64,000 bases of DNA from Lama guanicoe (Eukaryota): positions 19,460,711-19,524,710 of the forward strand of contig MU054187.1 in assembly GCA_013239625.1 (NCBI GenBank), in the 5' to 3' direction. How positions within the stretch are numbered: position 1 is the stretch's first letter; every line of letters starts with the position of its first letter. Positions 26,601-38,900 of this stretch are shown here, in pieces. Below the pieces are notes generated by a model that worked only from the letters and a program-made list of their open reading frames with translations, was not told the origin of the DNA and searched no databases. The position numbers were made by a program, and so were the translations under genes.

Positions 26601-29600
26601 TCTCAGTTTAGTCTTCATTTCAGTTTAATCTCAGTTTAGTCTTGATTTTTGATGTTGGTTAATGCGGTTGGGAGCTCAGAGAAGCATCTCCTCAGTCCAA
26701 GCCAGCACAGAGATTTTATTTATTCCACCCAGGATGACTCAGCTGTCTTCCTGGACTCCTGTCATTACTGCAAGTGTTAGCGCTGTAGCTGGAATTGTTT
26801 TCTGAAATATGCTGTGAACTGAGACAAAGAAATAATGTATGGCAGGGCACCAGTGTGATGATCTCATGTGTGAGTAACCACTGCAAAACTATCTTTATAT
26901 TGTTGATTTTTTGGTCTGAAGAGCTCAGTATCAAAGGATACCATTCAGAAGGTTGGAGGCATATTAAACCTGGACACTGTGCTGTGGTCATTTACAGCAA
27001 AAATGAACACTGACGTCTCCCTAAGGTATCTTATGGTTATAGCATTTGGATAGAAGTTCTAAAGATGCCAGAACTTCTGCAATGCACCACTCTAAAAGGC
27101 AGCGTTAACTGAACTGACAGCAGGTGCCTGAAACTCCTAACCTGTTTCTTTTAAGTAGGTCAAATCCTTTTATGAAAGTTCCTTACAAATCCCAATAATC
27201 TTATTTCAGAAATTCTTGTAAACTACTTTTTACTGAGTTAAGAGAAAAGCTCTGAGAGATGGTCATTTACCTTAGATAATCCTGGATGCCAAAGACAATC
27301 CCAGAAATATGTTTGCAAAATAAAACAGATCTATTACTTTCACTTGTCTTTGGAACGTTCGGTGAGAATGTGGAGAAGAAGAGAGAATGATATTCTTTTT
27401 GTAAGTAATAGACATGTGTCCATAATTTTTCCCTTTTGCTGATGGTAAAGAGAAACTGAACAAGCAAGTTAAACTTGCAGCCTTCAAAGAGAATCTCTCC
27501 TCCTTGCCTCCAGGGCGGTAAGTAGTGAAGAAGAAACTGGAGTCTTGTCCTACAAAATGAGGGACAGTTGCCACCAGCTGAGTAAAGATGAAAGCAAGAG
27601 GAAACCCGTCACATTCTTCACAAGACTTAGTGTCTCTATTCATGGTTACCGGAAGGTGATCAGTGAAAGGTTTGCTGAATTCTGAAGTGATTTTTATTTT
27701 GTTTCCAGTTGTGACTTATATCCCCACCTGCTTTCAAATGAATTATTAGGCAGTTATGATTTTCTGTTCCATAATGAAGCCAAACTTCTGTTTCTGTAAA
27801 TATGTCTCAGAAATGATTATGTCTACCAAAACCCAAAATACAGTACAGTGGAAAGTTAGTCAATTAGAAAAAAAATTTTTTTCGTATAGTGAGTGACATA
27901 AAGTAACATTCAAAGAGGCATGAGTAATGACATCTTTTCCTGTCTTCAGAAACTGGCCCTACTCTAGAATAGTAGACGAGAAGGGAGTTCCAGGATCTAT
28001 TTCAGTTTCATGGGTTGGTGGCGACACTGGTTTGGGTCTGTGGCTTCTTGGAGGATTCCATTATTTACCTCTTCCTGTCTTTCTTGACTGACTGGAGTTT
28101 CTGTTACTCTGTATGACAATATAGCTGCAGAAGTGATAATATTTTATACGGTGCAAAAATACAGTAAAACTTGTCATAACAGAGCCATCTTCTTCCCCTG
28201 AAAACCACGTATCATTCCCACTGAGAGACAAAAGTATCGGAGGATGTGTGGTAAGATCTTTAAGCCTTGCTTCTGAGTCTCTTCTCTCAAAAGATACTGT
28301 CAATGACACAAGGAATGGAACACAGCAGGATTTTCTGGTCCTTATGCAGCCTGGCTGAGGTGGTGGAGAATCCCTGTTGTGACTTGCCTACTGGCAGATT
28401 TTATCAGGCAGGTTGCATGTCTCAGCACACAACACAACCTTAGAGACAGCCAAGTGTCATTTTAGTCCCAGGTTCACAGTGATGAACTTACTGTAAAACA
28501 CAGGTGGAGTCGGGTAGTGATGTGTATTGCTTCATGACCTCTGACCCGGTATGTCTCAGACAAGAGCTTTCTAATCGGAGTGAGGCTTCCTTCGGGCGCT
28601 TTTGTGGCATTTGGCACGTTGATTTTGAATAGGATGCATTCAGACCGTGTACTGACCTTATTCTTGCTGGAGAGGTGACCTGTTGAAAGAAATGAACAAT
28701 CAAACATTCAAAGTTGGCAGAAACAGCTGAAAACCGTTAGAACTACAGAAGCCACCCTCCTCCCTCAAAAAAAAAAAAAAGACTCTGTGGTATGTTCTTG
28801 GAAAATTCACTTAATGTTATAAAGATAAAATGAATTTATCTGATATTTTCAAAGACTATTAATACCAGAGAGTTTTCAGAATGTATGGAACTGAAACAGA
28901 AAAATTTTAGCAAATATTGGTTAAATGAAAAAACAAAAACAAAAACCCTGTAGTTCCTTGGCTGGTGTAAGCTTTAAGTGACAAACTCCTAGGAGAGAAG
29001 GACTGCATTCTGTCCCACATAATTGGTAGGTGGTCTGGAAAGGCAGGTTGACTTGAATCTGAGGACTCTGTCATGTGTGGACAGCCCTGTTCACCTTTTG
29101 TTTGTGGGTAAGCAGAGCAGTCCACGCATGATGTATCGGTGTGATGTAAGGAGGGAAAACTGGACTATGTCCCACAGCCTTTCTTGCCCTCTGTGAGGCA
29201 AACTTCAGGTTTTACATTAGATGATACTAGAGTCCCATGATAATGTCATCCTTGAAACTTAGGCTTTGGAATTGCCTGACACGTAAGAATGAAACTCCAC
29301 AACTCTTCATCCACCATCATTCACTCTGAGATACTTGGAGAGAAAGAGAGCACTGTTCGTAATGACACCAGGACAACAGCATCACTCAGACCTGTCCCAG
29401 GCTAACCAGGACCCATAAAAACTGTATCTTGCACTATTGAAAAAACGGCGTGTTCAGTCTGCTAACCTATCAGGGCAGAAAGACCATTAGGAACCCCAAC
29501 TTTGTCCCAAGATATTAACTACATATTTTGAGGCTGTCAGGTGACAAGATTTGAGATTTGTGCCACAGATATTCTTTACCTCATCTACTCAAATAGACCC

Positions 29601-31431
29601 AAACCAAGATCATGGCTACCCTCCATTGTAACATCCACTCAACTCCCAGGTGCTATATGAAATTACAGCAATTAACCAATCTAAACAAACAGAATGTGGT
29701 TCAGTCACAATGAATGGATTTCAAATTGGTTTTCCATGATTAACAGTGAGTCACTTACTTGAGAAACTATTGCTGTGAAAGGAGAAATTCAGGAACACAA
29801 GGGGCAAGACAGCCCGGGGAGAACGTGTGGGAGAGTAAAACAAACCTTTCACTACACGCTATTGAATTTATATCTTTAAGTCTGGTCAAGGAAGGAGTGA
29901 GCAGGTGAACAAAAGGTGCCCAGAGTGTCTATGAGTGGATAAGCAGAAAGTATCCATCCTGCCCCTTGGCTCCTTTAAAGGAGGGCACAGAAGCCCTGGC
30001 TGCTGATTTTGCAGTGCTGTGAATGCCTCTGAAGGAACAGAGTAGCCCTTCCCACCACCAACTTAAGCAGACCAAAGATAGGAAAGTTCCTTCAGTTGGT
30101 TTTAGGTCGGTTATTAAATTCTGATAGCTCTCCTTAAAAGTTAATTCAGGCAAAAGGAAGCAATGCGCCCGACCCATCAGGATGACTAGCTCAGAAGCAA
30201 AATATTTTGTATATTTGATTTGAAAAATCATTAATTCTGGTGGGGAAAAAAATAAATGAAAAGAAATGATCAAATGGTGTTAATCAATTGCAGAATAGCA
30301 CATGGGATGGAAAAACGGGAAGTAGAATCTTCAAGAAAAGAAATTCTTCCAGTGGAAAAATCTGACCTGGAGATCTGGAGGGGTTTTTTTGTTTTTGCAA
30401 GTTCTAGAGGGCAAAGATACCCTTTATGCATTTGGCTGTGTGTTGGGGACTGTTCATATTATGAACAGACTGCTTGTAATATAATGCATATTAGGAGTGG
30501 CAATTTGCTTGGAGATGGGCTTAAGGAGGTTGGGGTTGCTAAGACAGTTGTTCTGAGGCCGTGTGGCTTGTTAAGCTCAGTGTTTTCACTCTGATTCTGT
30601 ATTTACTGGCGTAGCTTTGCAAGTATCCTCCCACTCTATTTCAAGATGCCCCTGTAGGTCTTGTGTTTTTAGACTTGGGACACTTTGAGCACTGCCCATG
30701 TGAGGCATGAAAGGGTTAGCCAAAACTACAGCTTTCAGCAATCTGTTGCCAAGAGCTAATGACAAAAGTGATGCCCAATAATACATAAGAGTGGACAAGA
30801 AGAAGACCTGCATAAGTAAGGAAATGGATGGATCTTCCACAGAGATGAGCCATCATGCCGTCTGTCTTATTTTGAAACTGATCACTTTTTATTGTTGCAA
30901 CTTTTGCAATGTCTCATTTGCCCTCTGGCTACCCTCTGGGCCAGTTAGTTTAGCAAGCACATAGTTACAGAGGGTTATTTAGACACCTGAAACATTTTAA
31001 TGGTTAGCCATGGCAGTCATGTTGTGTAAGAATCAAACTGCTTTAAGGAAAAAGACAAGTTTCATGAAATAACTCCATTTTTATAAGTCCTTTAATGAAA
31101 AATAATCGTATTACCCAAAACAAAACAACCTTCCATTGATGGATGCTAGTTATTGTCAGTTCCTTGTGGCGGGATTCATTGAAGGATTTAGAACTTGGTG
31201 TTCAGGGTGTGCCTTGAGCTTTGTGGCTCCCTGACCTTGTTCTTATCTGGAATATTTTACTGCGTTAGATACCTGACAAGAAGCAGATCCGTGCTCTGTC
31301 TACTTACTTGGATTTTCTTTTGGAGCTGATTCAAAGTGGGATTTCCTTAAGGAGTACCTGGCTTTAAGCTGGATATGCAAAGCACGTCTAGAGCAAAACA
31401 AGCCAGAAGGAGTCAGAGTAAAAAAACTGGT

Positions 31432-32252
31432 CAAAACTACAGTAAGGTATCATCTCACACCAGTCAGAATGGCCATCATTAAAGTCCATAAATGATAAAT
31501 GCTGGAGAGGTTGTGGAGAAAAGGGAACCTTCCTACACTGTTGGTGGGAATGTAGTTTGGTGCAACCATTATGGAAAACAGTATGGAGATTCCTTAAAAA
31601 AACTAAAAATAGACTTACCCTATGATCCAGCAATCCCTCTCCCAGGCATATACCCAGAGGAAGCTCTAATTAAGAAAGACACATGCACCCCAATGTTCAT
31701 AGCAGCACTATTTACAATAGTCAAGACACAAAAGCAACCTAAATGTCCATTAACAGATGATTGGATAAATAAGATATTTTTAATATATATAATGGAATAC
31801 TACTCAGCCATAAAAAAGAATGAAATAATGCCATTTGCAGCAACATGGATGGACCTGGAGATTGTCATTCTAAGTGAAGTAAGTCAAAGAAAGCCAAGTA
31901 CCATATGATACCACTTATATGTGGAATCTAAAAAAAAGGACACAAATGAACTTATTTACAAAACAGAGACAGACTCACAGACATAGAAAACAAACTTATG
32001 GTGACCAGGGGAGAAAGGGGGTGGGAAGGAATAAATTGGGAGTTTGGAATTTGCAGATGCTAACTACTATATATAAAAGAGATAAATAATAAGGTTCTAC
32101 TGTATAGCACAGAGAACCAAATTCAATATCTTGTAACAGCCTATAATGAAAAAGAATATGAAAAGGAATATATCCATGTGTAACTGAATCATTCCACTGT
32201 ACACCAGAAATTAAGACAACACTGTAAATTGATTATACATCAATAAAAAAAA
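31432..32252 (+). mobile_element. 5'-truncated L1 (ORF2 C-terminus + 3' UTR)
   Basis: ORF 31492-31908 encodes the ORF2 C-terminus ([54 protein letters not shown]); probable TSD AAAAAAACT(G/A)GT. Confidence 0.92.
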
Positions 32253-32531
32253 CTAGTTGTAAAATTTATGGGACAGACTAGGTTTAAATAAACCTATAAT
32301 TTACCCTCCCTGCTCCATTTGAAGCCTCCTATCATGATTTTTAATGAGCAGACAGAAAAATAGCTGCCTCAAGATAATGAGAAAAAAGTCCAAATATTGC
32401 ATAACATAATTTGGGAGTGAGCTTGTCTGATTTCCCATCCTTTCTATATATTTTTGCAGGGAGAAAATACTTATGCACTGAAGTGAAAGTTCTGGCATGG
32501 CAAAGCCTTGTGCAGACTGATGCACAACTTA

Positions 32532-32680
32532 CCACCTTGCTACTCAAAGCATGGTCCCCAGACCCAAGCATTGGCATCACCTGCATGTTTGTTAGAAATG
32601 CATGATCTTGTACACTGGATCTACCAAATTCGAATCTGTATTTTAACAAGATCCCTGGGTGATTTGAGAAGTAGCACTTT
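32532..32680. mobile_element. MER5A1-like hAT MITE
   Basis: TGCTACTCAAAGCATGGTCC...TTTTAACAAGATCCCTGGGTGAT. Confidence 0.72.
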
Positions 32681-33531
32681 ATAGTGCTCACACCTTGTTG
32701 TTTCTCCCCCTTTTTTGATTAATCTGGACAGACATAATGCAATTGTTTGAACACAGATGGCTTTGGGTAATCTCTGTGATGATGAATTTAATGTGATACT
32801 CTCTCTTTTTCTACCAGCCATGTGCTCCTAGGCCATCCACCAATGCTTGCTGTCCTAGGAAATGATGCTACACTATACTTAACTATGTGGAATGCACATT
32901 TATCTACATGTATCTACATGAACTGCATCTGGAGACTTGTTGCTCAGTGAAATTACACACTATACACCAAGGCTTTGTGTGCGATTGAACGTGAAGCTGA
33001 CAAGCTACTAACACTTCTGAGAGAAAACCTGTGAGAAATATTCCATTTTACCACTAGGTGGAAATAGAGTAATTTTGAGCATAATTTTTCCAGGGCCATG
33101 AACTACTGCAGGAGAACTTCGTAAGCTGAAAGGGACTTAAGAAATCATTTAGTCTGATTTTTACTCTCTTAATGCCATAGTTGGGAAACCTGAAGTTCAG
33201 AGATATTAAGTAAAAAGTTAGAGTTGCATCTGTCTTACAACTAGTTGTCACCTAGAGCCACTGGGGGAAGATTTGCTAGTAATTCTGGGTTCTTTAGCCA
33301 TTTTCACTCACAAGAGGAATGTGTTATTGATCTCTAGCATGAAAGAACACTTGATGTGACACCTATATTGTTTCTGTGCTTTCTCTAAAACTAATGACCA
33401 GCACAATTCTGTACGCTTGTAAGGAAAGGCTAAGATAAAACAATTGTTCCTTGTTCCCTCTATTGTAATGTAATTAATCTCAATCAAGTGATAATTCTCC
33501 CTTTTTGCAGTAAAGATATACTCAACCATCC

Positions 33532-33978
33532 TGTTGACTGAAAAAATGCACAACCTAAAAGTTGAGAATTATGCTTCACTCAGCAGAATTTCTGAGGACT
33601 TAAGCCTGGGATACAGCCTCTCAGAGAACACCGAGGGTCTGTTCCAAAGAGGTAAGGGAGGAGTCGGGATATAGACGAGTTTTTGCTGGGGAAAGAAAAA
33701 AAAAAAACAACCATGTAGTTGAACATCAAAAGATTACTGCTAAACACAAAAACCAGACATCTCAAGTTAATGATTTTAGTGCTTTTCTTCGTATGGGAAG
33801 ATGCAAGAGTCAGGGCTCACTGAAATTATTCCTTTGATATGCATTATCTAGGGCCAGTATCCTGTTTTTTCTCCATCCTGAACCCCCTCTGGTCACACAT
33901 CAGAGCGGCTGCAGTGGCTGATGGCTTGATGGCTGTAACATCCTCTGTTCACTGCAGGAGATATTTTTCATCCACACA
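33532..33978 (-). mobile_element. ERV1 solo LTR, MER41-like (artiodactyl MER41 type)
   Basis: TG...CA termini; near 4-bp TSD ATCC/CTCC; TGTTGACTGAAAAAATGCACAAC...CATCTCAAGTTAATGATTTTAGTGCTTTTCT...GGGAAGATGCAAGAGT recalled as MER41-like consensus. Confidence 0.72.
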
Positions 33979-35695
33979 CTCCTCACATCAAAGAGTGTTT
34001 AAAAGTTAAGTTTTAGGCAATGCCTCTGGTTTAAAAACTATTTCTTAAGTACCTAAGTATTTAGTACTATAGTGCCATTTTCCTCTTAATATTTTGGTAG
34101 CATGGTTGATTGTGATAATCTAAAAATTAGTATTCCAGTACTGAGTCCTGGCTATTATTACCATATTCTATACAAAAATTGACAAAACATGTTGAACTAA
34201 CACATTAAGAACATAAATCCGAACACACAGGAGATGCTGCTCCAGGAGGCACAAGCAGCGGGCTGCCCTAATTGTCTAGAAGCCAGCACTTAACATTGAT
34301 GAGCAAATGATGCACTCAGCTGCCCCCAGGACATGACCATTTTCTGAGCAGGAGAGCCTCAGATGTGGGACATGCAGGTCATTAGTGGCACAACTACATG
34401 GCTTGAGTCACTCAGTATTAAAATGGTACCACAAGGAAAACTGGGCTGATCCTAAAATTAGGCAGGAACTTGAAAGGGATACAGTGCAGGGGAGTGAACA
34501 TCCTGAGGCATGTGGGAAGACGACAGACCAACCTGAGATTTCAGTTTGTTAAGGAAGGTACAAGTCTCTTGGTATAATTCAGGGGACTGTCGCCTCTAGT
34601 CTTCATCTCATGAAGAGGACGGAGAGCTAGAGGCAGCCAGGTGTGGTCCTATTTCACAAGGTCTTGAGTAAGAAAGACCTGGGCAGGCATTCTGGTTCTG
34701 CAAACTTTCCATGCCTGGTTTCTCTTAAAAAAAAAAAATTGGGATAAGACTCCTTATCAAAAATGTAGTGGCGATCAGAGTTAGTGGGTATAAAGTGGCC
34801 AGGAGGTAGAGCATCCAGCACAAGTTGGCACTCAATAAATGACCCCATCTCCACCAAGGGAGCTACCTTTTCTGTGTGGCAGCTTCCTCACCTCACCCCA
34901 CCTCACTTCCACAGGGACCCAGGAGCACAAAGCAAGATGCCTTGACAAGTGCACTTTGAAAAGTACAACGTTCTACACAAAAAATCAGAGTACGGTTGTG
35001 ATTAAAGGCGAAGAGGAAATGCAATGATGTCTAAAGACTTAGGAGTCAGAGGGGAAACTGAAAGGGCTCACTCAGCTGAAAATACAAATAATAAAACATA
35101 CTTGAACAAGAACATTTAATAGCAATGGCAGTCACATAACCTGACATCTTCTACCTAGTTTGAGTTTGGAAATCAAACTTTCTGGGACACCTCCACCCAC
35201 CCAACACCTTCTGATTAAAGGATCTATCTCAACTCAGGTATATATCCATCCTTGAGGCGCCAGTTGTGCCGGGGGTGGTTTGAGGGTGGGGAGAACAGGT
35301 TCTCCCCCGAGGGTGTGGGATGCGGGTTTGTCCGCTGACCATGAGCTAAGACGAGGGAGACAAAGAAGTTATCAATAATCTGTCAAGACCAGACTCTTGA
35401 GCAATCCATTCCTGCCATGGGAGCCCAGCGAAGGCTAGCTGATTCGTTGGGGGTGTTTTGAACGGAAGAGGGGCGGCGGATCGGCGGGCCCGGGAGAGCG
35501 GGCCAGGCCCGCCCGTAGCCCCTTGGCTTCCTGGGCGTGAGGAGGCACGGGAACTTGCAGGGCGGGCGCCCGGGGCGGCGTGGGGCGCGACGCGCGAGTC
35601 CCAGCTTGCAGGAGGCTCCGGAGGAGCCCTAGCATCTGGGGCAGGTGGCGCGGGTTCGCACATCCGGACCCCGGGAGCAAGGCCCGGGGGCGCGG

Positions 35696-35774
35696 GGGGC
35701 GGGGCTGGGCGGGCGAAGCGCGCTTCTCATTGGCCGCCGGGCGCCGCCCTCCCGGCGCGCGCCGCCTTTATAAA
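35696..35774 (+). promoter_or_regulatory. FABP5 core promoter: GC boxes (35696-35713), inverted CCAAT (ATTGG 35729-35733), TATA box (TATAAA 35769-35774)
   Basis: Motifs read directly. TATA lies ~90 nt upstream of the ATG, implying a TSS near 35800. Confidence 0.85.
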
Positions 35775-35861
35775 GCAGCCGCGGCGGGCCGACCGGCCGC
35801 ACTCCCGGCTCCCGGCGCCCGACCCTCTTCTGCTCGCTCCGCACGCCCGCCGGCGCCCACC

Positions 35862-35940
35862 ATGGCCACCATTCAGCAGCTGGTAGGAAGATGGCGCTTA
35901 GTGGAGAGCAAAGGCTTTGATGAATACATGAAGGAAGTAG
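35862..35940 (+). CDS. FABP5: FABP5 coding exon 1 (MATIQQLVGRWRLVESKGFDEYMKEV-G)
   Basis: ATG at 35862 in CACCATGG context; donor AG|GTGAGG at 35941; phase-1 intron. Confidence 0.97.
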
Positions 35941-38900
35941 GTGAGGTTCCCCACCATGCGGCGCTGCAACGTGGCACGTGTGTATCGGTCGGTCTCTAGG
36001 TCCCCTTCGGCGCGCTGGGCTCAGCGGCCCGGCGTGCTCGCACCTAAGCCGACCCCTTCACCCCTCTTCCACCTCCCAGCAGGCAGGCGAGCGGCAGCCG
36101 GGCGCCTCCTGCCCGCCCCAGGATTCCCGGGACCATCTGCTTCGTGATCCACCCAGCGCTCTGCTGCCTTCCCCGGGTCCACGCGGTACCCCCGCACTGC
36201 TTGTGCCCTTTAGCGCGCTCACCTTACCCCCCCTCCTCAAGCTTCACTTCTTTCGACCCCTCTTCACTTTCCCTGTTTTTCTCTTTCCCACCACTTCACC
36301 TCCCTACTTCTGTCACCATCCTCTCTCGCACTGGCTCTGTCGTGGCCGCACCCACTCCCCCTTGCCCTTTCTGCCGCATCTTTAGTTCCTGGATGGCGCA
36401 TGTGGCCCCCTCCCTCTCCACCGGGGCGCGGTGTCCAGGAGAAATCCGTGAGCGTCTGAATGGAGCTACAGCTTCAGCTTTCATTCCGCTCTCGGCTGCA
36501 TCTCCCTCATCCCCAGGTCTTCCGCCCTCCCTTGCTGGGTGAACGGGGCGGTTTGGGTTGGCGCAGCCCCCAGTGGAGCGTCGATGCATCCTCGCTTCCA
36601 AGCTCCAGAGCGGCGCTCACAGGCCTGGCGCTGGCAGCGCAGACCCTCTGCCTGCACTGCCGGGCTGGGCGCCGCGGTGAGCGGGTGGCCTGTGGGAAGA
36701 TCGCGGTGAGGTCGTCTGTCCCTGGGTTGGCCGTGCGCTGCAGCCCTGGCCTCGGCATCTTAAGGGTGAGGGGCAAAGAGGCAGTTAGTGGACTTTGTTG
36801 GGAAACCGCAGTCAGCGATGCCGGACCCTCCTGAGGCTGCTTTCCAGCAGCATCCAAGATGGGCGTGGCCCTGCCCAAGGCACTTGACTTTTCCCAAGCT
36901 TTCAGGGGAGTCTCTGTAGGAAGATTCAAGTTCGTGTACTCAAGTAGTGCTTGATTTTCTGTTATCTTCTTCCCAAGCCAGATAACGATTGCATGCTGGT
37001 TGAGACATTGGGTAGATTAGCAAACAAAAGTGAATCTTTGTCACAGGCCCCTAGGATGGTGTAGACAGCAAAGATCGTATCTTAGACACCTGCTAGAACT
37101 GGGGATGCTTTAGAAACTGCTCTCCCCCAAATGTTAACATGACTGCTTTCTGGTGCAGAAGTCACTACAAAGACCTAAGCCCTGAAGTATTTCAGAAACA
37201 CTCCGTCACTGGCCTTTATGCATGACAGTGACTGGTTAAAGCTGGCCATGTGGTGAATCTTGAGTCTATATTTATGATCCTTGTGAGTAAAACAAGAAGG
37301 CAATGGGTTTTTTTCCCACTGTAAACCTGGATCAAAGTGACTCTGGAAAAAGTTACCTACTGCACTCGTATTGAAGAAATCCAGCATTTATATTGTGTTT
37401 ACCTGTGTGAGGACCAGAGAAGGCTGTTTCTTTGCCCACTGAAAGTGAATGTGTTTATCAGATGGCTTGTTTCCAGAGTTCTGTGGACAAGAAGGTTGTC
37501 AAGGCTCAATTCATTAGAGAGCAATCAAGGTGTGGGAAGAGCAGAGTCCTTTATTTGGCCAAAGTGAGAATAAATAATGGCTCAACTAACAAAACAAGGC
37601 AGCAGCCCCAAGCTGGCAGACTAGAAGGCTCCAGGGGGACATTTCAAGCCTGGCTGAGTGTTCATCATCAGGCCAGTTATTCTGCTTACATTGTAGTCTC
37701 CTCATCTGCGAAACCAAGATTTGACGTCAAGCTGTTTCCTTCCCAATGTTAATATTAAGGGGAAATACCCAGATTATAAATTAAATATGGTATCAGTATA
37801 GTATTGGAGGCACACAGCTTTGAAATAGTTACTATTTTTGAGAGTAAGATTTTTCCTCTTTGTTAGCATCATGATTGTGCAATTAACTTTTTGTATATAT
37901 ATATTTATTGAAATATAGTCAGTTTACTGTGCAATTAACTCTTAAAACTTTGTGCAGTTTGAATGTCTCAGGACTGAGTTTGATTTTGTGTACTCTGTTA
38001 ATCAAATATTTATCAAGGGCCATTTCTCTACCTGGAGTCATATAATATGATAGTTGGCAGAACTGAGGAAATTGTGGAAGTCCAGCTATCTTCCCTAACT
38101 TTTTGAAGGCCAGCATAACATGGTGGCCAAGAGCTGAGATTTGGATCCAGACCACATGCAGTGTTGGATCCCAGCCCCATCCCTTCCTAGCAAATAAGCT
38201 TGGGTAAGGTACTTCAGTGCCTCACCTTCTCATCTGTAGAACGGGGACAGTGCTGTCCACCTCTCACAGGGTCGTTGCAAGGCTTCTATGAATATATGTC
38301 AAGCGCTGGCACATGGTGAGTCCTGGATGTGTGTTCACAGTTGTTACTCATAAGTGAGTAAGTGAAAATGTGCGCAGCAAGGTGATTGCAGTGGAGTTAC
38401 TGCTTTTATGTAAATGATAACTTCAGTCTCTCAGTGTTGTTTAACGTGATCTGACATTCTACAGGAGTGGGAATGGCTCTGCGAAAAATGGGTGCAATGG
38501 CCAAGCCAGATTGTATCATCACTTTTGATGGCAAAAACCTCACCATAAAAACTGAGAGCACTTTGAAAACAACACAGTTTTCCTGCAGCCTGGGAGAGAA
38601 GTTCGAAGAGACTACAGCTGATGGCAGAAAAACTCAGGTCAGTCATAACTTATCTTATAAAATCATGGAAGCTTCTACAATGGCAGATTGTATTAATAAC
38701 ATTTGGTTTGTAGGCAAAAATTTAATGAACAAGGCTGAAATTATTTTATGAATTGAGTTTTGACAAATTAGTTGCAAGTGCCAGTTGCACAACTTAATCT
38801 ATTTTGTAAAAATAGTTTAGGGGACATGAGAGAGAATGACCATCTCTTATGTGCATCTAGATTGGAAAGCATAAATTATATTTTGAATAAATCAGTATCG

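Larger units (their letters stand above)
35470..36830. promoter_or_regulatory. CpG island covering the FABP5 promoter, exon 1 and 5' intron 1
   Basis: Abrupt switch to very GC- and CpG-rich sequence against an AT-rich, CpG-depleted background. Boundaries approximate. Confidence 0.92.

Noticed and set aside
31492..31908. 138-aa ORF as a host gene
   Set aside because: It is the C-terminus of L1 ORF2 in a 5'-truncated insertion.
35580..35861. In-frame N-terminal extension of FABP5 (ORF 35580..35999)
   Set aside because: It starts at a GTG upstream of the TATA box, outside the expected transcript. The frame is open only because GC-rich DNA lacks stops.
35346..36929. Many overlapping 100-140 aa ORFs on both strands
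   Set aside because: Pro/Ala/Arg/Gly-rich CpG-island artefacts with no recognisable domain.
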